From Eremomyces bilateralis CBS 781.70 (Eukaryota): DNA of 64,000 bases. Made by a program: the position numbers and the translations under genes. Each line of letters starts with the position of its first letter. Positions within the stretch are counted from its first letter, which is position 1. This document shows, one piece after another, positions 1-13,165 of the stretch. The notes beneath the pieces were generated by a model. That model was not told where the DNA came from and made no database searches. It worked only from the letters and a program-made list of their open reading frames with translations. The stretch lies in the NCBI GenBank assembly GCA_010015585.1, contig ML975161.1; one strand, 5' to 3'.

Positions 1-1714
1 ATCAATCAAGGAGATTTGTGTCAAACTTGACCCTCAGCTGCGTTCTTCCAATGATCAACCCTCTGGAATCTAGCCATCTTTCTCGACAACTCCAGCCGAG
101 GGACTTGCAATAATGATCAAGGGCCAAAAAAGCTAGTGGGCTAAGTTCACATTTAGTCAGGGTGTGCTGATCAGCTTGATGCTCCTATTAGTTAGTAGTG
201 TTATTTTAGCAGGAATAATAGATGTCCAATCCATGAATGATAGCAGTAAGCAAGGGGCCTGGTCAACTAAAGAAGGGGACTTTTCCACCATACTCATTGG
301 TAGTTCACAGCCCAAATGTCTGGCTGCAGATATCAGCCCCGATCCTTCAGACTGACAACGTGTTGTCAAAGATAAGCAGCCTTCCAAAGTCTCCGTAAAC
401 CAGTTTTCGGGGTAATATCCGTTCAGCGCAGATAACGTAATACCCGTCCCAGGCAGGTTCTCGACTCTCATAAGTCGTATGAGAAAGTAAGCAGCCGGTA
501 GTCAACCGGGTTTCCATAGGCTCAAACAGTCAAAGACCAGAGAAACGGCGAGCACTGCGTCCGATGGGCCACAATGCACCAAGCCACCACCAACGTCTTA
601 CGCCAATACGCCGCACGCGCTAAGAAGCACGTCCATCTTTAGAGCCTCCGGTGCCGCCGCCGAGCGACGGGCAGCTCACAGCCCGTTGAGTGCCCTGTCC
701 GCGATCTCCCTTGTCTAAACAAGGCTAGCCAGAAGCGGGATGTTTCGAAGCCAATTGGGCAGTCCAACCAGGATATTGTTCAACCTTCCCGAAATCCGAA
801 TGCTTTGGAGCCTGGAGGAATGGGGAGGACATGCTGGGAGTCGGGACACTGCCACTCTGGGAAGACAAAGATCCAAAGCGAGATTCCCTGGCACAGTCTG
901 TGTCGATAGGGGATTCCAGGCGCTTGGGTCGGTTCTAGGAAAAGTTAGAAATTCCCATAATTAAATCACACGCATTTCCGTATGTACTCAGCCATTATTA
1001 TGTAAGGTCTGTAAGCAGTTATCCTAAATCAACAGACATCATCCCACGAGCGACGAGACCGGCACAGGGTCGGTCGAAGCGAGAGATCTGTCATTCGGAT
1101 AAAGGAAAGATTGGCGGGGTGCATGCTCCATACTTGCTCCATAGGGCTACTTGAATCTTTGGCTCAGCCTTTCATTGTTTGATATCGGTGAGAAAGGCTC
1201 GAACGATGATGACCGCGTCCTTTCGACTTTCGTGATTAATCAAGGTTGCTCTCGAGGTCGAACGGACGGTTTGTACGGAGAATCGGAGAGTTTGTATTGA
1301 CAACACTTTAGTCATAAACCAAATCGGCTTGGACTGCTGAAATCACTCCCTCTCCCGACAGCATTCACTGTTGCGGCTTCATTCATCCCTTCCATGTTGA
1401 ATTTTAATTTCCTGTTGTTTCCTTCAAATCCCAACTGTTCGCACGTTTGGACTTCGCTTTAATGACCGACACCCGCCTGCGCTATCTACATTCAAATCGA
1501 ATATATCACCGTGTTGAAGGTCTGATAGCATCGTACATAGTACGGGTTCCTCAGTGATAGATCCAAACCCAGCTTACCGCACGTCTCACTGTCCATTCAA
1601 CCGCCATCAGGAAGACAGACTAGAAGAGGAGGAGCACCTGGATACAGTGTTAAGTACTGACTTGACATCAATCCACGGTTTTAAAATCTTCAATTTCCAC
1701 ATTACGACTTCGAA

Positions 1715-2876
1715 ATGCCTCACTCGGTTTCATCTGGCGGCTCCGAGCAGAAAGGCTCCATCGATATGCCTCCGAAATGCAGCAGCAATGGCAAGGCCCT
1801 CAGTGCCCAACCATCACCAGTACAAGAGCACTTCTCAACCGAGGAGCTACAGAGGGACCAACAAAGAGCTGGGGAGCGAGCGAAACGACTCGACACGAAG
1901 CGACGGACGCAGTTCTTCGAAGATCAATTCCGGTATAAGGCAGGAGACAGCTCGGGCAGAGAGAATGCGTTGAATAATTCCCCCGTGGTTGCAGACCTCC
2001 GGACCAATGTGATCGTACGTTCTTCCATGCTCTGCTTCTTTACCATCCAGAGAAAGTTCGTGACTGACAAGATGGCTTCAACCGCAGGTTAAAGACGAAT
2101 ACAGCCTCGTCACCGATCTGTCCAACACCCTCTCTGGCCGGTACCGCCGTTCCGAGTCGTCCATCATGGTCAACCTCGAGCACTCCGCCTGCCTCATCCT
2201 CGGCGGTTCGTTTGAGCCCGGATATCTCCTCACCATCACCGCCTGTCCCTCCCTTCTTCAACCCGCCACCAACAAGCGAAACGTCGCACTCCTCCAAAAG
2301 TACCTCACCGATCTCCTTGGTGTGTCCGCCGATCGAGGCATCATCAAATTTGTCGCCATCCCGGACGAATGTCTGGCCATCTCCGGCCGTACGGTCCGCT
2401 CGGAGATCGAGCGTCTCCAAGGCAAAGAGCCCAGGGAGGAACCGACGGACAAACCCACCTTAGCCAACCGAATGAGCAGAAACTTAAGCAACCGGAGGAA
2501 GTCCCGGAAATCAATGACACTCAAACCACAACCCTCCGGAATTGACCGCATCACACCTCCTCTTCCCAGTCCCGTGCCGTCACGTACTCCATCTTCCCCT
2601 GAACCCCCGAAGACCGGGTATTCCAATGGAGATGTAAGAGGACCGAAGCCGAATGACTCTTCAATGAAGACGAATTCATATGCAGACTCGGCCATTGGAC
2701 CTACCGACCTCGGACGCAACCCATCATCAGTTTCGAACCAGGCCGGCGCTGGAGCTCATCATCACGCACTGCCGAAATTCAAGCCACCACCCATCCCGAA
2801 AGATCGGGCAATGGTGGAAGATAAGGCGGTTCGCAATCGCAAGAGTCTAAGAGATATATTCAAACGGAAACAGTGA
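1715..2876 (+). CDS. MIF/tautomerase-fold protein with N-terminal extension and Pro/Ser-rich C-terminal tail (2 exons: 1715-2014, 2088-2876)
   Basis: Phase-0 intron 2015-2087 (GTACGT...CTGAC...GCAG) joins ORFs 1715 and 2166 in frame, giving PVVADLRTNVI|VKDEYSLVTDLSNTLSGRYRRSESSIMVNLEHSACLILGGSFEPGYLLTI...TNKRNVALLQKYLTDLLGVSADRGIIKF. This follows the MIF/tautomerase pattern. The start could also be the second in-frame ATG (MPPK). Confidence 0.8.
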
Positions 2877-3798
2877 GATGGAGATGCAGATCTTCACACT
2901 GTATACATACAAACATTCGGTTTATTGTTTAGGAAAGCGGGAGAACTGGCGCTTACCTGATACCCAGTCCTTTGTTAGATAGGGATAAAACATTCTCATC
3001 AATTCTTCCTGAGTGTGATTGTTCTTTGCCTTTGACGGCCTCCCCTAGCCTGCGTATACGGTATCTCTGGAGAAGTAGGTAGCAAGGCGAAACAGAGGTA
3101 ACAATAAGCTCTTTCGACGCCTTGGGCGTGCTTGTTAGTCCATTTTATGATCGCATCCCTTCTAGATGGAGGAGCTGATCTTGCTGTACGGATTCATTAA
3201 GCCAGTTGGTGCGTCAATGAATACTGAAGCTGATGAATGATATACAGCCCTACAGATACACGATACTGATATGACGACAAGGCGACAAGGCGACAAGGTA
3301 TTAGTCGAATCAGTCACGTGCGGTATCGGAACCCTGCCCAGCAACAACATTTACCAAACGGATCACCGCAGTGAAGTTCACAGGTTCGCTCATCAACAAT
3401 CAGTCAGTTAGCAGCACACACGAACCTGTGGCTCCCTTGCAGCCTCCATAATCAACATATCCCAACAACGGCTTCTGCCACCAGAACTCCACGGGGCTGC
3501 GTACGGTTCATCAGATACCGTACCGTAGTCACCACCGCAACCCGCCATCCAACACTCCCTCCATGGACCGACGCCGCTCGACTCGATTAGGATCGTCTCG
3601 TTTTCGCGGAACAAAGTTCAACTGATCCAGGGTTCCCTGGGCTGGGATATCTAGCTCTGGGAGTACTGAATACACAAGGGAGGAAGACAGGAGGCCGCGC
3701 AACGCGACGGAGGGACGATACGCTGCAGGAAAGAAAACTTGTGAAGAAGACTGGGAGGAAGTTACAGAGTGTGTCTATGCATTAACTGGCATAGAAGC

Positions 3799-6795
3799 AT
3801 GGAACCAAATGTTAAGAAAATCGGGGATGGTGTGAGGTAGGTCCTTGTTCAGGATGATTTTTATTCCTTGTTACTCTACTATGCAGGCACGGGTTTTCGA
3901 ATATAATTGTGCTAATCGATATATATGATAATAGGAACTTGAAACATCTCGAAGATGTTATAGTTGTGACCCTCTCAAATGAGACTGCGACTATTCCGGA
4001 TCTTCTCTCACGGCTGTCAGCCTGCCATTCTGCTTGGTCCGATGCTCTTAGTCACAATGTGGACCTTGCCCTTGATGAGGTGTCTCATGCACGACTCTGG
4101 GAAGTGCACTCAAAGGTTAATAAGGGCTTCCGTGGGTGGTTGAAGTCCGTGAGTAGTCGTTCGGCGAAGAACAAAGTCGTAGAACAACGGAAACTATTCA
4201 CGAGCTATGTTGAGTTCATCAAGGAATGTCAGCGCTTCTACCGGAACTATATCCTTTTACTGGATGACGCATGTGGTGGTATTTCCGAGTTGAAGGATGT
4301 GGTGGCTACTTGGAAGCGGCACCGTAAGTATTCGCCTACGTCGCGTTTAAAAGCGCCCAGCGACATCTTTAGACTAACAAGTAGCAGACCACCCTGCGGG
4401 ACCCGCATTGAACATTCCGCTCGAACTACAGCCGCATGCCTTGCGCACTGCACACCTTTCGCTCATCCACCTCGGCGACCTCTCCCGCTATCGTGCTAGC
4501 TCCACGCCTGCAAAAGAGCGCAAGTGGGAACCGGCCGTTGGCTACTACACCCGCGCTTCCTCTCTGATGCCATCCGAAGCCCATGCCCATAATGGTCTCG
4601 CCGCTATCGCTTACGAGGAGCAAGATCACTTCCGCGCAGTCTACCACCTGTTCCGTACATTGACGGTGGAGCATTCGGTGGGGACAGGAAATCTTGAGAA
4701 AGAGTTGAGAAGGATCGAGCTGGCTCATGGCCGCGGGGAATTAATGGCCGGTGGAAAGGGTGATGGCAAAGAAGGAAAGGAAATCAAGGCTCTGCTCGCT
4801 TGGTTCTTGAGGTTGCAGGCGGGCTATTACTCGGCCGAGGAGTTTCCGCAGAGAGAGGCGCTGGAGAGGGAGGTACTCAGCCAGCTTAAGATTCAGGTGA
4901 AGAAAAGGCCGGTGGAGAGCACGCTGTTCAAAGTCGTGGTGATCAATCTGGCGGCGGAACACGTTGCGACCGAGAGGTTGCGAGGTATGTATTCAACTCC
5001 ACAACCTTCGTCTTGTCATAGCATTCCTGACAATAGTGCTCCTAGCCCTGGGTGCGTCAGCGACCGATAATCACCGCCAGTCTGTCTTGCACCTCATCCG
5101 GTTCAACATTTGCACTTTCACACTTCTGCTCGAGCTGCTTCGCGATGAATTGGATCGGGTCAAGGGCGAGGATGTCAAATCAGGAGCTCCCTCCGGCACT
5201 TCAAGGCGCTCACTCGCCGATAGGCTCAGCAGTCTTTCCCGTCGCGTGCTTGCACTCCTCCACCTTTATTCCGCCTGGTTCTCCATGAAATGGTCGATTC
5301 TGCCCCAGCTTCCCGATCCATTTCTGGTTGCGAAGTCCCGCGAATTGTGGGCTGTATACGCAGCGACGCTGACCGCGATTGCGAAGCAGTTTCCTGCACC
5401 GGAATTGCCAGCAGCCGAATATCTGCTGCAGGAGGAGGCGGATTTGGTTGGTTTTGTCCCGTTCGCTGAAAGCTCGAGCAGAATTTGGGAGAAAGATGGA
5501 GTCAAAAAGCCAAGGAAAAGTGACTCAGATAAAGGGCTCGGAGCGGATGGCGAGATGCTTGCTCGACTGCGAGAGATCTTGGTGAGCGGACTGGAGTTGA
5601 TGGTATCGGAGGTGAGTTTCGCACGAAGCACCAATGCTAAAATCGTTTCCACTAACAACAATCACCACAGGGTTCTCCGTTGGAGTTAGATAATGATGGC
5701 CAATTCCTCTATAAATCTGCCGACGGACTGGATAACATGCTCCCTGCGCCGATCCATGAACCAGAGCCACCGAAAACATCGAAGGCTGACGTTACCAACC
5801 CCTCGAGACGAGACACCTCGAAACGAGTAGCACCCTCCGAGTCTGGCTCAGTTGTCACAGTCACCAAGGATGCTTACATGACGCGAATGGTCCACAACCT
5901 TGTTGATGATGAAGACCCAGTCAACCCCCCGCCTACCAATGTGCCCCCTCTGACGAAGCCATTACCGTCAGCTCACCAATCCTTCGAGAACTCCCCTTTC
6001 CAAAGCACAGCACAGTTCGGAGCGCTCCCTGCGAATGCGCCATTCCGGGTCTCCGATCTGGTTGACAGCATTACTTCTCGCAACAGAGCTCCATCTGGCA
6101 CTCAAGCCTACTCATTATCTTTCTCACCAGGTCTCGGCACGACACCACACAATGGCTCTCCTGTCGTCCCGTCCGCTCGACAGCTCGGCGCCTCACCATT
6201 CCAACGCCCCTCCTCCTCCTTCTCCTTCTCCAACGAACGAGCCGCCGAAATCTGGGGCACTCCCGCTGGCATCGGCAGTCCGATTCACAGCCGTGTCCCC
6301 GCCCCGACCGCCACCGGCCGCAGCTCCCTCAGCCTCCACGACTCCTTCGACCAACTCGACCTCTCCCCCTCCCTCCGCGATCTCCCCATTTCCAACTACC
6401 GATCCCCGCCCCGAGGGCGCGCGCAGCCGCACTACGCCCCGGCGCACTCCCGCAACGACTCGCGCGACTCGACCGGCTCGGCGTTGCTGCTCCAGGAAAA
6501 CACTTGGAATTATGCGGTAACGCCGGCGCCGATGCTTGGGACGACGGGGAGTCCGAGGGGGTGGGGAGGGAACGGAGGGTGGGGTGGGCAGATGGGCGGG
6601 AATGAGAACGGACACGTTGGGGAGAACGGACACCCTAGTGGGAGCGGGTGGGGTGGACAGCCCCGGCTGAGCCCGAATACAGGAGCTTATGGACAGGGAC
6701 TTGGCGTCAATGGAAGTGGTGCGTTGGATGGGCAGATGAGTCGGAGTTGGAGTGGACATGGGGCGGTGGGCAGCGGAATGGGACATGGAGGGTGA
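3799..6795 (+). CDS. Est1/Ebs1/SMG7-family DNA/RNA-binding protein (5 exons)
   Basis: Introns 3837-3934, 4324-4384 (or 4387, a tandem TAGCAG acceptor), 4985-5045 and 5612-5670 join ORFs 3909, 4408, 4964 and 5680 in frame. LIHLGDLSRYR, AVGYYTRASSLMPSEAHAHNGLAAIA, RAVYHLFRTL and LQEEADLVGFVPF are characteristic of the Est1/SMG 14-3-3-like domain. The C-terminus is low-complexity. The first exon is less certain. Confidence 0.8.
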
Positions 6796-7361
6796 GGGAG
6801 ATCTCGGATATGGGGGATTTCGATCAACCACCAAATGCCAAAGCGGCAACGCTGCTGCAATCCGCGGCAGTTGCGTGGACCTCCTCACTGCGAGTGATGA
6901 GCTTTCCGTAGGGTCGGCAATTTGCGCTTCCAGCACCCTGTACCCGACGGCACGCCCGTTTGCCGGTTCCAGGTTGCATTTCTGAGATGGAAAGGTGGGA
7001 AGGAGGAGGTCCAGGTTCCAGACGAACCGGTTTGTTGTTGGGCGCTAAATTGTCGACTGCCCGTCACTTAGTTCGAGGGTGCACTTGCTATATTTGCAAG
7101 GTGGACTTCAAATTGCATTCCAAGTGTCCTCTACTTTTCTCGTCAAGGTAGTCAAATACATTATCGTGCAACCCGTCCCTCATGTGGCCGAATATGCACT
7201 GTTCCTTTTCCGTCTTATCACAAGCCGTCTTTGCTGGCACGCAAATGTTGAATGCGTGCCCTGGCTCTAAATCCCCCCGAAAACCCTAGCCTTCTATGGC
7301 TGCATTCCAATATTTTGTTGAACCGCGACCCTTAGAACGCCATAATGATGAAAGTGCAGGC

Positions 7362-8585
<1,224 letters not shown>

Positions 8586-9833
8586 TGTGGATGTGGTGGA
8601 TGTTGTGTAGAATGAATGAATGCAGGATTTGAAGCTTGATATTGGTGTAGGAAGTGGTTTAGGAAGAGTGAAGCGGGACGGCTTTGGTGGAGGGACCCTC
8701 CGAGCTCGGACGGAGAAAGCTGATCGACGTAATCTTGGGAGCGAGCTTAATCTCAACGTCGGTCTTTCTAATATCATGGCCTTTGTCCGGGTGGATCAAT
8801 CTACACTTTGTCGACTCTTCGGCATCGTAGGTAATATCCAATCTATCTACGGTAGGATTCGAGAATTTGGATACACCGTTGCGCCTTCCTGTCGACGTCG
8901 TCGGCATTCCTCTACGATCACCAGATCATCTCATCATCGGATTATGGCTCGGCAGGTCATCCCGATTTAAGAGGCTCTGCATAATAGAAGACGTTCAAGA
9001 GCTAGGAAGGATGTGGTCCTGGATAGCCCTCTACTGGTGTTCTTGTGCAACATTGGAGGTCCTTACTCAATCCTGATGTTCAATCATGACACCTCCGCTC
9101 ATGACCGGGAGACCCATGAATAGTATAGCATTGGACTTTCCTTGGTGTGTACTGTTTGATTGCTTCATATTTTATCGCTATCATGTTTCCTGTCCCCAAT
9201 AGTAAACGGCGTCTTTTTAGAAGGCTTTGAGGAGTTGGCATTATCAGTCCTTCGTCGGCCCTCAACATCCAATTGCTTTTGCAAAATCTCCAGCATAGCA
9301 GACGTGATGGAGCATTAAGCAGATTGAACCCAATGAGTCTTAAAGGAGTTCTAGGATGTTCATAGCCTGTCTATTGACAGCCTGCAGTTATGGAAAGGGG
9401 CTTCTCGGCCGTGTGGCTATCCAGGAGTGATCAAATTCATGACACTCGGCACTCGGCATCCATATCTGGCATCTGCGAAGGCGGAAACCTATCTGTCTAA
9501 GAGATTATATAATGATCTCTGCTTCACACAGATGTAAAGTCTCCAGCCGCACATTTGCCGCATTTCACCTAGCAACGAGCCACACCACCAAAGCATTGAT
9601 CGGCTGTGACAACAACAGCAAAGTGAATTAAAATGTTATTCAGAGAAGTGAAGTGATTGTTGTCCATGGACTGCTCCCCTATTCCTAAACAAACATTGCC
9701 CTGAGTTTCGCTTTCAAAGTCTTCACACTTTCTTCTATATCTTCTTCTCTGCTACAACCTAACCCGCACTCCCTTGAGGAAACTATATTACTTTGCTTCG
9801 AACTCTGCTTTATTTCGAGAACAATTCATCAAG

Positions 9834-10863
9834 ATGAAGTTCATACTGTCTAAATCTGTCATTTTCCATGCCATGGTCATGCTTATCGCTTTCGCGGCCC
9901 TTGGGCTCGCTTTCGTCAACCCCGGGGATGCCATCCATGTTGATCACGATGGTCCAGTCCGACCGGCGTCTCTGGAGATGATGGTGCCTCGACAAGAGAA
10001 CGCAGCGCTTGATAGCAGGTAAGTCCGCATAGTTCTGCAGAGTATTCCGCGATTTTCACTGACAATTGCCCCGGCATGGCGCGCAGCCAGCTATGCGGCG
10101 AACTCTCCCTTGCTCCTAACTGTCCAGCCATCGTCGAAAAGAGACAAGACGACCATGCGGACATGTGGCCGAATGAAGTCGAGACGGTCACTGCCACCTC
10201 AGTCGTATGGACGGTCGAGGCCATCACGAGCACTGTGACCACCCGCGTCTCTGTAAGCAGCGCCCCCAACGGTCTGGTGTCCGACGTTTCGTCCTGGACT
10301 AACAAATCTCCTCTACCTCTATAGCAACCCAACACTTCCCAACCCGCCAGCACCGACAGCAAGACGTCCAGCTCTTCGAGTACAGCACGCTCTCGTAGCA
10401 CTACACTTACTCAAACCTCCACATCGGAACACCTTGGCCACTCCACCGAAACGACCTCCACCCAATCTGCTTCAACCAAATCATCCTCCGCCAAATCGTC
10501 CTCCGTCAAATCGTCCTCTACCCAAGCGCCAACGATGGCTACGTTAACCTACACCACCACCGTCTGGGTCGGTGAGACCACCACCACGGTCCTCGTGACC
10601 CGTTCCGCTACGGCCAACACCACAACGATTCAGTCTGCAAGCCAGTCTGCATCATCGAGCAGCGGACGCGCTACGGTGTCGTATGGGGAGTCGGGAGCAG
10701 GTAAATATTCCACCCTCATTCCACCCTCTCCACTTTGAAGGAGGAGGAGAAACCAAACCAACAGTATACAGGTACTATCAAGCATACCGGGGAGTGCACT
10801 GCGATCTTTGTGCTGGGTGCCGTGGTGGCATTAGCAGTTGGGATCGGGGGATTCTGGTTCTAA
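9834..10863 (+). CDS. Secreted Ser/Thr-rich, probably GPI-anchored cell-surface protein (4 exons)
   Basis: Hydrophobic N-terminal signal (MKFILSKSVIFHAMVMLIAFAALGLA). Introns 10019-10086, 10253-10324 and 10701-10771 link ORFs 9774, 10076 and 10535 in frame. S/T-rich stalk. The last exon encodes GTIKHTGECTAIFVLGAVVALAVGIGGFWF*, a hydrophobic tail following small residues (SGAG). Confidence 0.75.
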
Positions 10864-11480
10864 TATGGACTTGTCTAGCGGACATGGCTCGAAGAGTACA
10901 CGTTTTAGCGGTGCATTGCGCTAGGTGTTCGGAGGCGTATATAAGAGGCGAAACGGGGTTGCTCCGATTACTTCCTTGATAATTCTCACTGGATTAGGGT
11001 AGAGCGGGCTCCTTCCAGTTTCAATTCTCTCGATTTCCACTTACCAAGCTGATTACCACTGTGTTCACCGCTTTTCCTACCTATCGATGTCTATGATCGT
11101 TTCCAGTTAAAGCAGGAGGAAAACTCTATCCATTTTCCAAATAATAACTATCAAGTGTCGAAGATCAGTTCCACTGTCAAATCCTAGGATCGATAATGAC
11201 TCGCGCCTCAGTGATTTTGGTCTCAGTGGCATTGTCAAGACGAGCCGGGACTGTGGCATTGGATGGCACATTTCGAACAGTGGATGGGGGAAGCGGAAGT
11301 TCTTGGCAGTTGACTTGGTGCAAAACTCCGCCTCCTGGAAGCCACGCCCGCTCCCCTTTCTCTTCCCCCCTCTGCACATCACATAACCCCTGGACCTTGG
11401 CTGTTCGAAATGACGGGCGGTGCAGCAACCCATAAGCAGACTCTGCCCGAATCAATGGCTAGATGCAATGCCATGCATAC

Positions 11481-11752
11481 TCCCACGTCGACTGATCGTT
11501 CACAAGCTCTTTCAAATCCAATATAAATATATTATCGATGCTTTCTGGAATCCTGCATCCGACCTGCGCAAACTGATTCCCCTAGCCTAGAATGGTCAAT
11601 TCCATGGCTGTTCCCAATTCCTGGGAGAAGGCAGATAACCAGGTCATGGCCACCAGTTCTCGCTCGAGCTGTGCCCAACCTCCTTCTATCTCATGTATCC
11701 AGGACGGAAGACGTTCGCGGGTCGTTTTCAGATCCTTCATCGTCTGTTCGCG
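11481..11752 (-). pseudogene. Possible relic exon of an unidentified gene with one in-frame TAG
   Basis: On the - strand a branch point and acceptor (GCTAACAACGTAG) open a protein-like frame REQTMKDLKTTRERLPSWIHEIEGGWAQLERELVAMTWLSAFSQELGTAMELTILG*GNQFAQVGCRIPESIDNIFILDLKELVNDQSTW. It ends at a GTATGC donor at 11480. TAG at 11582-11584. No family recognised. Confidence 0.25.
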
Positions 11753-13165
11753 CTACGTTGTTAGCAAGATGTATAGTTAGGAGAATAGCCCATTGTTGGA
11801 GCACGCAATCGCTACCACAAAATGGGCCACCAAAGGCTACCACACTTTGCGGCATGGGTCCAGCTTTTTTTCCGCCTACTGGCGATGAATGCGGATCTTG
11901 GACTTCTCGTGCTGTCTGCCTATACGCAGCTCAAGTTTGGCAACAGATGCATGTCGCCTATGTGGCAGTAAGTTCAGTGATATCAGAATGTATTCGCCAA
12001 GATTACCTTGATAACAGTTTATAGGGTGTGGGGGGGCTTTTACTGGACATATCCGAGTTTGTTGCGCTCTCGGCTTGGACAAACCTCGGTCTAAAACGGT
12101 TGCCATCTCAATGTCTTATCATCGCCGAGATATTCGCGACCGCTTTTTTTGTCGTCAGTGTTATCTTTTTGGCGTTGAGCACCCTGTGCCACGAATGCCA
12201 AATTCCTATGCCGATCGATACAAGCGAACCTTATATTTTGGCAATGATTTATTTAACCGTATCGCTTAGGTTAGCTCCTTCACTCCTTGCAGTCCATGTC
12301 CGCTGTGTTCTAAACTGCTGCTGTCCACGGAGACTATCCACGCGAAAAGAAACAACTCTATTGGGTTGCAGAGTGCCCCAACGACCTGAACCCACCAGCG
12401 CGAGCCACGGCACATACGATCCGTTCAAAGAGCCTGGGAAGTGTCCTGAACCTGCGTTGGCAGTACATATAGCGTGGAAAGAAGGTCTTCGACAGCTGGA
12501 CTTATCATTATCGTGCAGACTGGGCCGAAAGTGTTACGGATTGGCTCAATCGTCCCATGCGCCATCGAGGATAGGAGGACGTAGTTGGTATATCGTGGAT
12601 GGAGCGTTGAAAGCGTGAATGGAACCTCTGATTCTGCCGAAGCAATGATGGAACGGAATTAATGGATAATATTTCATAAAGTGACACTCTGGTACTAGTT
12701 AGATTAAGAACTTGGGATCTGATAGTCTGTAAATCTCTAGTTTTCTACCTCAGAGAATTAGCAGTAATAGAACGCATTCAAGGCGAAACTTAACCATGAA
12801 ATACCTTCTAAGCATGAGCGTCTATCGTCAGAAAAGCTATAGTCATTAGGTTGTGGTGTCGTTCAGCTTGATATCGACCATGGAGTACCTTTGCAGGGTT
12901 CAATGCAGTTGGCATTACCATCCTCGGACCGAACCGCTTCCCCGCAAAATCTGTGGGTACGACAGAACAGACATCATGAACACTTGAATAGCCATTCAAA
13001 GATAATAAAGCAGAGGTTGGAAATCGACTTATAAATATGTGACCAAGTAATTTAAAGCAAAGGATCCATTGAACGCTGTAAAACCGCATATAACCAAGCA
13101 ACCCTTCCATCAACCACGAAACTCCCAATCCAGTAGAAAGAGCTCGGAACCATCCCATATCCACC

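Noticed and set aside
6193..6936. 247-aa - strand ORF
   Set aside because: Antisense to the last exon of the Est1-like gene; low-complexity translation.
12028..12618. 196-aa + strand ORF
   Set aside because: Non-ATG start, no motif, and composition unlike the real genes in this window.
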